From an uncultured Acidimicrobiales bacterium (GTDB taxonomy: Bacteria; Actinomycetota; Acidimicrobiia; Acidimicrobiales; DATKAS01), in NCBI GenBank assembly GCA_963733765.1, contig CAVTEI010000003.1, forward strand, positions 501,453 through 565,452: 64,000 nt of DNA. Reading direction: 5' to 3'. Below are positions 57,028-64,000 of this stretch, piece after piece; position 1 is the stretch's first letter; every line of letters begins with the position of its first letter. The notes under the pieces are model-generated. The model was not told where the DNA came from, made no database searches, and saw only the letters and a program-made list of their open reading frames with translations. The translations under genes were made by a program, and so were the position numbers.

Positions 57028-57852
57028 GCACTCAGACCGACCAGACCATCGACCTCGAAGCCATCAAGTCGCGTCAGCACGCGACCTGGTCCTCCGGTGA
57101 CTACGCCGTGATCGGGACCACACTTGCAGATCGTCGGCGAGTCGCTGTGCGAAGCCGTCGACGTGAACGCCGGCTGGCGCGTGCTCGACGTGGCCGCGGG
57201 CAACGGCAACGCCTCGCTCGCGGCGGCTCGCCGCGGCGCCGAAGTCACCGCCACCGACTACGTCGATGAGCTGCTCAAGCGAGCAAAGCGCCGTGCCGAT
57301 GCCGACGGCCTGCTGCTCGAGACTCGCGTGGCCGACGCGGAGAACCTCCCCTACGAGGCCGGCACGTTCGACTGCGTGCTGTCCACGTTTGGAGTCATGT
57401 TCACGCCGAACCCCGAACAGGCCGCGTCCGAGCTGGCGCGGGTGTGCCGACCGGGCGGACGCATCGGCCTCGCCAACTGGACTCCCGAGGGATTCGTCGG
57501 CCAGATGTTCAAGATCATCGGCCAGCACGTCGCGCCGCCCGCGGGTGTGCCCTCGCCGCTCGCGTGGGGCAAAGAGGATCGGCTCCACGAGCTGTTCGAT
57601 GGGGCGGCGACGGTCGAGGTGCAGCGACGCCACTTCACGTTCCGCTTCCGTTCCGCGACGGACTTCGTCGAGACGTTCAAGACCTTCTACGGCCCGATGG
57701 TCAAGGTGTGGGACGCGCTCGACGACGACGGCCGGGCATCGTTGCGCACGCAGCTCGTCGCACTGGCCGAAGGTGCCAACCGCGGGACCGGGCGCGCGCT
57801 GGCCGTTCCGTCCGAGTACCTCGAAGTGGTGGCCACGCGCTCGAAAAGGTGA
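57024..57852 (+). CDS. Class I SAM-dependent methyltransferase (apparent frameshift near 57122)
   Basis: KSRQHATWSSGDYAVIGTT then LQIVGE.LCE, VLDVAAGNGN, DAENLPY, STFGVMF. Confidence 0.88.
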
Positions 57853-57907
57853 CCTTGGGGCGGGCTTCGGCCCGCCCCAACCCACGCCACGGGCAATCAT
57901 TCGCGGC

Positions 57908-59074
57908 GTGGTCACCGACGCACACGAGGAATCGGAAGGCCGGCTGAGGCGGTGGTGGAGTCGATTCACCTCGGCCGTCTCCTGGACCCGTCCCACCTCG
58001 ACCGAGGTCGGCATCGTCCTGAAGGCGGGCCTCGCCGCCGGACTCGCATGGGCAGTGGCCAGCCTCGTGACCGATGTCCCCAGCCCGCTCCTCGCGCCGC
58101 TCACCGCCATCGTCACCGTGCGCGTGTCGGTGCGCTCGTCGGTGGCGAGGGCGGTCGGGCGCAGCGCGGCCGTCGTGCTCGGTGTGCTGCTCGCCCTTGC
58201 GATCGGTGACACGATCCATCTGAACGGTGTGACGATCGGACTGCTCGTCGCGGGATCACTGGCCATCGCCGAGCTGCTGTTCCGGCTTCCGCTCTGGGCC
58301 GCGACGCAGGTGCCCATCAGCATCCTCGTCGTGCTCGGTGCCGTCGCCTCGCCAGACCGCACCGACGCTCGAAGGCGCGCCGCGGACACGCTGATCGGCG
58401 CGGCAGTCGGGGTGGCAGTTTCGCTCCTGCTGCCGGCATCGCGGCGCGTCGACGCCCGACAGACCCTCGACCGGCTCGCCGAGGGGCTCGAGCACACTCT
58501 GGACACGATGGGTCAGGGACTCGGCGAGTCGTGGACGAGGGACGACACCGCCGAATGGCGACGGGACGCGCACGTCGCCCGTGATCGATTGGTCCAACAA
58601 GCACTCGAAGCGGTCGGCGACAGTCGCGAGGCCGCTCGATGGAATCACCGCGATCGCCGCCACATCGACGAGCTCGGACGCTACGAGGAGCTCGCGCAGC
58701 GCGCTGAGCGAGCAGCGATCGGTGTCTCTTCGATCGCGCGCACCTTCGACGAGTTCGCCCACGGCTCGGACGAAGCGCATCAACCTCTCCCGAGGCTGGC
58801 CGCGCTGATGCTCGCCTTGGCTCGAGGCATCCGCGCCAACGTCAGCGCGGGACTGGGCCAGATCGACGCCGCGGAAGCGGACGCCGCGATCACCGACGTT
58901 CGAGCGAAGCGCGAGGAATGCATGGCCGGCGCGAGGCGTCGAGCGCGGCTGGCGCTCGAGAGCGACGTCGCGTCCGACGACGATCGGTCCGCGGCGGAGT
59001 GGCTCGGGTATGCCGCGGTGTTGGTGCACGTCGACCGGATCGTCCACGACCTCACCGGACCTCTCCCGGACTGA
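57908..59074 (+). CDS. FUSC/aromatic acid exporter family membrane protein
   Basis: LKAGLAAGLAW, LLAPL.A, TLIGAAVG N-terminal TM block followed by a helical soluble domain. Confidence 0.75.
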   Translation: MVTDAHEESEGRLRRWWSRFTSAVSWTRPTSTEVGIVLKAGLAAGLAWAVASLVTDVPSPLLAPLTAIVTVRVSVRSSVARAVGRSAAVVLGVLLALAIGDTIHLNGVTIGLLVAGSLAIAELLFRLPLWAATQVPISILVVLGAVASPDRTDARRRAADTLIGAAVGVAVSLLLPASRRVDARQTLDRLAEGLEHTLDTMGQGLGESWTRDDTAEWRRDAHVARDRLVQQALEAVGDSREAARWNHRDRRHIDELGRYEELAQRAERAAIGVSSIARTFDEFAHGSDEAHQPLPRLAALMLALARGIRANVSAGLGQIDAAEADAAITDVRAKREECMAGARRRARLALESDVASDDDRSAAEWLGYAAVLVHVDRIVHDLTGPLPD

Positions 59075-59115
59075 AACCACGCCGAGGTCGACACGGGCCT
59101 TCATACACTCGTTGC

Positions 59116-59724
59116 GTGGGTGACGACCGGCGCATCCGATGGGCGCCGATGCTGCCGGCCGGCAAGCTGATCCAGCTCTACGAAGCCAACGCCGCCGGAT
59201 TGCTCGACGACGAGCTGCTCGATGACGTCGGCTGGCGACTTTGGGAACGACTCGGCGACGTCGTGCGCGTGACGAACGGGCGGGTTCGCTGTCCGAGCTG
59301 CGGCACGGAGTTCCAGGTGCGAACGCCCGAGCGACACCGTGATGACCTCGTCCCGTGTCCTGGCTGCGACTGGACGGTCACCCCCCGGGCGTGGCACAAG
59401 AGCTGGGAGCATCGCGATCTGAACGGATCGTGCCCGGAGTTCCAGCCGTACGTCGACAAGTGGCCGGCGGCGAGATCCGTGCGCCACCGGATGCTCCTGA
59501 TCGACGAAGTCGTGCACGCGCTCCACCTTTCGTCGCGAGACGACGCTCCGGGGAACTTCGCGGCGCGGAACTTCCTCGAAGGGTCGCGACCGAAGATCGT
59601 CGCGCTGCTCGAAGAGCTCGCCTACGGCCCCGGCAGTCACATCGCGGACGGCGCCCGAGCCCGTTGGCAGGGGGCGCAGCAGCACTACCGATCGAATCAG
59701 GTCAGGCGGGGACCGACGCCCTGA
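59116..59724 (+). CDS. Hypothetical Zn-ribbon protein
   Basis: CPSC...CPGC; motifs [33 protein letters not shown]. Confidence 0.6.
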   Translation: MGDDRRIRWAPMLPAGKLIQLYEANAAGLLDDELLDDVGWRLWERLGDVVRVTNGRVRCPSCGTEFQVRTPERHRDDLVPCPGCDWTVTPRAWHKSWEHRDLNGSCPEFQPYVDKWPAARSVRHRMLLIDEVVHALHLSSRDDAPGNFAARNFLEGSRPKIVALLEELAYGPGSHIADGARARWQGAQQHYRSNQVRRGPTP

Positions 59725-62296
59725 AGAACCCGCGCAGCGCTTCGCCCATCTCCGCTCGCACCGGCACGCTCGACAGCACGAGGCCGACCATCGTGAGCGA
59801 CGTGTGCGTGTGGCCGCGAGCGAACACGTGCTTCGTCGCAACACCGGCCTTCTCCAGCGCCTCTGCGTAAGCCGCGCCTTCGTCGCCCAGAGGATCGAAC
59901 TCGCTCGTGACGATGACCGCCGGGGGAAGTCCCGACAGATCCTCGGCTCTCAGCGGCGCCACCCTCGGGTCGGTGCGATCGGCACCGTCCATGTAGTGAT
60001 CGAAGAACCACTCCATGAGCGGCTTGGTGAGGACGTAACCGTCGGCGCACTCGCGGTAGCTGGCTCGGTTCATGTCGGTGTCGGTCACCGGGTTCATCAA
60101 CAGCTGGCCCACGATCTCGGGACCACCCGCGTCGCGCGCCATGCGCGCCGCGACAGTCGCGACGTTGCCGCCTGCGCTCCAACCGGCGACGGCGAGCTGG
60201 CCGGGGATGCCGCCGAGCTCGATGGTGTGGTCGGCGATCCACTGCACCGCGGCGAACGCGTCCTCGGCGGCGGCTGGGAACTTGTGCTCGGGGGCGTGCC
60301 GGTAGTCGACCGAGACGATGACCGCGCCCGAGCGATCGCAGAGGTCGCGGCAGAACGGATCGTCGGATTCGTGGCTGCCCAACACCCATCCGCCTCCGTG
60401 GAAGTAAGCGACGACCGGATGGGGGCCCGGGGTTGCGGGTCGGTAGAGCCGGTACTGAAGGTCGCCGCCGGCGCCGGGCAGCACACCGTCGACCACCTCG
60501 CCGACATCCGGTCCCGGCGGCCGCATTGCTGCGGAGGCGTCCATGAACGCGCGAGCGTCAGCCGGCGACATCGACTCGAGCGGCGGCAACTCGAGCGACG
60601 CCATCATGTCGAGCACCATCGCGACGTCGGGCTGCAGCCGGCGGATCACCCCGTCGTTGCATTGCGAACCATCGGCACCGGCCAACTGGAACCCGACGTA
60701 CCCGGTGGCGACGACCTCGTCACAGATCGCGCGGTATGCGTCGACACCGCCGATGTAGGGCAAGAACACGCGCGGCTTTCCGGGCACGTTGGCGCCCATG
60801 TACCAGGAGTTCGCGGTCGGGTGGAGCGTGATGTCGGCACAGTCGTTGACGTGCTGCACCCAACCGGCTTCCGCTTGCGGAGTCGGCTCGATCGTGTCGA
60901 AGCCGCGCGCCTTCATGTCCGCGAGGGTGTCGGTGATCCAGTCGACATGCTGTTCGATCGAGACCGACATGTTCGAAAGCACCGACGGGCTGCCTGGACC
61001 GGTGATCGTGAAGAAGTTCGGGAAGCCGACGGTGGTGAGTCCGAGATAGGTCACGGGGCCGTCGGCCCACTTCTGTTTCAGCGTCACGCCGTCGCGACCG
61101 GCGATGTCGACCGAGACGAGTGCGCCCGTCATCGCGTCGAACCCGGTCGCGTAGACCACGGCGTCGAACTCGAACGAGTCACTCACGGTGTCGATCCCGG
61201 TCTCGCTGATCGTCTTGATCGGGTCCTTGCGCAGATCGACGAGACGGACGTGCGGAAGGTTGTAGGTCTCGAAGTAGCCGGTGTCGAGGCACGGCCGCTT
61301 CGTGCCGAAGTAGTAGTCCTTCGCACACAGCGACTCGGCCGTCTCGGGATCGTTGACGATCGACCGGACCTTCTCCCGGATCATCTCGGCGACGATCTCG
61401 TTGGATTCGGGGTTCACGGCCTGATCGGCGAAGATGCCCAGAATGCTGAAGAGCTCTCCCGCCTCATACGCGGCCTCGAACCGAGCCCGGCGCTCCTCCT
61501 CGGCGCACATCGCGGCCGTGAGCTCGGTCGGCACGACGGGGATGCCGCCCCGCGAGCGCTTCGCCGCTTCGCGGTACGCAGTGCGGTCGGCGTCGATCTC
61601 GGCGAGCCGGTCGGCCGGCGGGGCACCGTTGAACGCGGGGACGGAGAATGCCGGCGTCCGCTGGAACACGGTCAGCTGAGCGGCTTGCTCGGCAATGAGC
61701 GGGATTGATTGCACGGCCGACGAACCGGTGCCGATGACCGCGACGCGCTTCCCGCTGAAGTCGACGCCTTCGTGTGGCCAACGGCTGGTGAAGTACACGT
61801 CGCCGGCGAAGCGGTCGGCACCTTCGATGTCGACCTCCTTCGGCATCGACAGACAGCCGGTCGCCATCACGTAGTAGCGGCACGACAGATCGCCGCCGCC
61901 GTCTGTGCGCACTCGCCACACCGACGTCGACTCGTCCCATGCCGCCGCGGCGACCCGAGTCGAGAAGTCGATGTCCTTGCGTAGGTCGTACCGCTCGGCG
62001 ACGAACTGGAGGTACGACAAGATCTCGGGCTGCGTCGCGTACTTCTCTGACCACGTCCAGGCGCGCTCGAGCTCAGGATCGAAGCTGTACGTGTAGTCGG
62101 TCGTCGGGATGTCGCACCGGGCGCCGGGATAGCGATTCCAGTACCAGGTGCCCCCGACGTCGTCGGCCGCCTCGAGAAGGCGGGCCGAGAAGCCGAGCTG
62201 CCGCAGCCGGCGGAGCAGGTAGAGACCAGAGAACCCGGCCCCGACGACGACCACGTCGTAGTCCGGCCGATCCTGCGAACCGTTGCTTCCAACCAC
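59702..62296 (-). CDS. Baeyer-Villiger monooxygenase fused to an HSL-family esterase/lactonase
   Basis: [41 protein letters not shown]; C-terminal HGGGW, GWSAG, DPL...G. Confidence 0.92.
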   Translation of the reverse strand: MVGSNGSQDRPDYDVVVVGAGFSGLYLLRRLRQLGFSARLLEAADDVGGTWYWNRYPGARCDIPTTDYTYSFDPELERAWTWSEKYATQPEILSYLQFVAERYDLRKDIDFSTRVAAAAWDESTSVWRVRTDGGGDLSCRYYVMATGCLSMPKEVDIEGADRFAGDVYFTSRWPHEGVDFSGKRVAVIGTGSSAVQSIPLIAEQAAQLTVFQRTPAFSVPAFNGAPPADRLAEIDADRTAYREAAKRSRGGIPVVPTELTAAMCAEEERRARFEAAYEAGELFSILGIFADQAVNPESNEIVAEMIREKVRSIVNDPETAESLCAKDYYFGTKRPCLDTGYFETYNLPHVRLVDLRKDPIKTISETGIDTVSDSFEFDAVVYATGFDAMTGALVSVDIAGRDGVTLKQKWADGPVTYLGLTTVGFPNFFTITGPGSPSVLSNMSVSIEQHVDWITDTLADMKARGFDTIEPTPQAEAGWVQHVNDCADITLHPTANSWYMGANVPGKPRVFLPYIGGVDAYRAICDEVVATGYVGFQLAGADGSQCNDGVIRRLQPDVAMVLDMMASLELPPLESMSPADARAFMDASAAMRPPGPDVGEVVDGVLPGAGGDLQYRLYRPATPGPHPVVAYFHGGGWVLGSHESDDPFCRDLCDRSGAVIVSVDYRHAPEHKFPAAAEDAFAAVQWIADHTIELGGIPGQLAVAGWSAGGNVATVAARMARDAGGPEIVGQLLMNPVTDTDMNRASYRECADGYVLTKPLMEWFFDHYMDGADRTDPRVAPLRAEDLSGLPPAVIVTSEFDPLGDEGAAYAEALEKAGVATKHVFARGHTHTSLTMVGLVLSSVPVRAEMGEALRGFFRASVPA

Positions 62297-62345
62297 GTTC
62301 GTTCCCCCTTGTGCGGGCCTTCAGGGTGTTCTCGCGAGGCGATTC

Positions 62346-63308
62346 TCACACGTCCGGTCGGGGCGGCGACCCCGCTGGCTTCGCTCGACTGCGAACGCGT
62401 GCCCAAAGACGGCGTTGAGCGACCAGCCCGACCACACCCACCCCGAGCAGGATCGCGACGTTCAACAGAAGCTGGATGAGGGATCCCCGGGCCTCAGTCC
62501 AGTTCTCGAATGCACTCGACACCCCAATGTCCGCGGCGGCCGGGATCGTGGTCACCGAGATGAACACGCCGATGAGGGCGCCGGCCCGAGCTTCGACGAG
62601 CGACACGACACCGACGATGCCCGCAAGGGTCGCGACGGCGATGGAGAAGAAGTCCGGCGTGTTGATCAGGTTGGACACGGGTCGGACTCCCGCCCGGAAC
62701 AGCTCCGGTTCCAGCCCGAACGCGCGGACCACCAGGCTGAAGGCGAACGTCACGACGATCGCGACGAGGAAGCCGATGAAGAGGGCGACCAAGCCAGCGC
62801 GAATCCGCAGGCGGTCGCTCTTGTTGACGCCGAGGGCGACGCTGATGATCGCCCCGTATTCGGGGCCGACGACCATGGCGCCGACGACGAGGATCTGTGA
62901 GTTCGTGAAGATGCCCACGGACGCGATCAGCCCGGCAATCGTCATCAACGCGAACCAGCTCAGCGGGTACTGCCCTCCCGCTCGAATGCGAGCCTCCGCC
63001 TGCTCCCAGACCGGCGCAAGTCTGAGAGCAAGTGCGCCCGCCGCCTCGGCCTCGTCTGCTCGATCCGACAGCTCGGCGGTGACGTCTTCGATGACGATCG
63101 AGCCGCGACGCGCAACACCGAGCGAGCGCATCTCATCCAGCACTTCGTTGGCGTCCGCAGTGACCACGTCGAACAGCACGGCATCACCGTCGGGTTTTCG
63201 CGCCACCCCGTCGAGCACGATCATGTTCAACACGCCCGGCTTGCTCGACAGTGACATGACGAGAGCGGGCGTGATTTCGGGTGGGCTCACCGCGCGGACG
63301 TGGATCAC
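62346..63308 (-). CDS. DUF389 membrane protein
   Basis: VVGAMVVGPE and GVFISVTTIPAA, multiple TM helices. Confidence 0.85.
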   Translation of the reverse strand: MIHVRAVSPPEITPALVMSLSSKPGVLNMIVLDGVARKPDGDAVLFDVVTADANEVLDEMRSLGVARRGSIVIEDVTAELSDRADEAEAAGALALRLAPVWEQAEARIRAGGQYPLSWFALMTIAGLIASVGIFTNSQILVVGAMVVGPEYGAIISVALGVNKSDRLRIRAGLVALFIGFLVAIVVTFAFSLVVRAFGLEPELFRAGVRPVSNLINTPDFFSIAVATLAGIVGVVSLVEARAGALIGVFISVTTIPAAADIGVSSAFENWTEARGSLIQLLLNVAILLGVGVVGLVAQRRLWARVRSRAKPAGSPPRPDV

Positions 63309-63376
63309 TCCGACAGGCTCGCGCGGCCTCTGTCGGCGAGTCGGGTGAGCGCACCGACGGCCGCCTCCAGATCAGC

Positions 63377-63772
63377 TCACAGGTCGTAGGCGAGGACGAA
63401 CGCGTGCCGGTCGATGCAGTGGAAGAACCGCGTGACTTTGCCGTCGTCCCCGAACGTCCAGAGATGGATCTCCAACGCCTCGACCGCCTTGCCTGTGCTC
63501 TTCACGGTCACCTTCACGTTGATCGTGGCCGCGACCTGGTCGCCGCCGACGAGGAAGTTCGTGGGCTCGAAGCGCTCGAACTCGAGCCCTGCTAGTGCCT
63601 CGAAGAATCGACCCACGTGCTCTTTGCCCGCACCCGGCTCGTAGATCGGTACGCCGTATCCCGGGGCATCCTGATCCCACGCGACGTCATCTGCGAGCTG
63701 GTCGAGAATGACGGGAATGTCACCTCGACCAAAGGCCTCGTAGATCAGCTGCGTCGTCTTGACGTTGTCCAC
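63377..63772 (-). CDS. SnoaL/NTF2-like protein
   Basis: IYEAFGRGDI..ILD.LADDV.W, HLWTF...GKV..F. Confidence 0.85.
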   Translation of the reverse strand: MDNVKTTQLIYEAFGRGDIPVILDQLADDVAWDQDAPGYGVPIYEPGAGKEHVGRFFEALAGLEFERFEPTNFLVGGDQVAATINVKVTVKSTGKAVEALEIHLWTFGDDGKVTRFFHCIDRHAFVLAYDL

Positions 63773-63828
63773 GGCTCTCACCCTCCCGTAGGTCCTGCCG
63801 CCTTTTCGCAGCGATCGAGGTCGCCGGA

Positions 63829-64000
63829 TCAGCCGCGGGGTTCGTCGTGCCAGATCCACCACTGATACGGCGGCGTCTGCGGGTAGCCCTCCGGCGAGTC
63901 CTCCCACTCCTCTTGGCGCCCCAGGGCAGTCAGGTCGAGGTAGCTCCAGGTGCTCCCCATCGCCTCGTCGCCGCGGACATTGATGAAGTAGGTGCGGAAG
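63829..64000 (-). CDS. DUF899-family protein, C-terminal part (5' end outside window)
   Basis: Manual translation FRTYFINVRGDEAMGSTWSYLDLTALGRQEEWEDSPEGYPQTPPYQWWIWHDEPRG*. Confidence 0.75.
   Translation of the reverse strand, partial: FRTYFINVRGDEAMGSTWSYLDLTALGRQEEWEDSPEGYPQTPPYQWWIWHDEPRG

Overview
High-GC (roughly 68-70% by eye), gene-dense chromosome segment. Gene content (mycothiol-dependent MDMPI enzymes, F420-type LLM, group 1h hydrogenase, leaderless promoters) points to an actinobacterium. No rRNA, tRNA, CRISPR array or transposase was seen. About ten single-base frameshifts in otherwise intact genes look like long-read consensus errors. Two large modules dominate. (1) About 7.4-25.7 kb: a complete group 1h (high-affinity, atmospheric H2-type) [NiFe]-hydrogenase locus with hhySL, NifU/Rieske, accessory genes, protease, hypABCDEF and SIS proteins. 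It carries unusual extras: a PadR-YceI fusion regulator, a paralogous stand-alone YceI, three unannotated 34-39 aa membrane microproteins, an output-less tandem-PAS protein, and a catalytically degenerate Cas4-like Fe-S protein. One palindromic motif (ATCGGTG-N7-CACCGAT) recurs at all three divergent promoter regions of the locus. (2) About 38.1-54.1 kb: an IclR-linked catabolic island outlined by five tandem 15-bp operator pairs with a 21-bp period. It encodes a fused and a split version of a two-part 3-hydroxyanthranilate-dioxygenase-like cupin, a gentisate/salicylate-type dioxygenase, an LLM oxygenase, FAH hydrolase, class II aldolase, an M24-fold enzyme, a MetE-like Zn barrel, a signal-less TAXI-fold protein and an ABC importer. 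The substrate is unknown. The rest is mixed accessory genes (ECF/anti-sigma, CorA, LipJ-like cyclase, desaturase, DAC-domain protein, PEP-utilising kinase cluster, BVMO-esterase fusion). All family assignments are from motif recognition by eye, not database searches.
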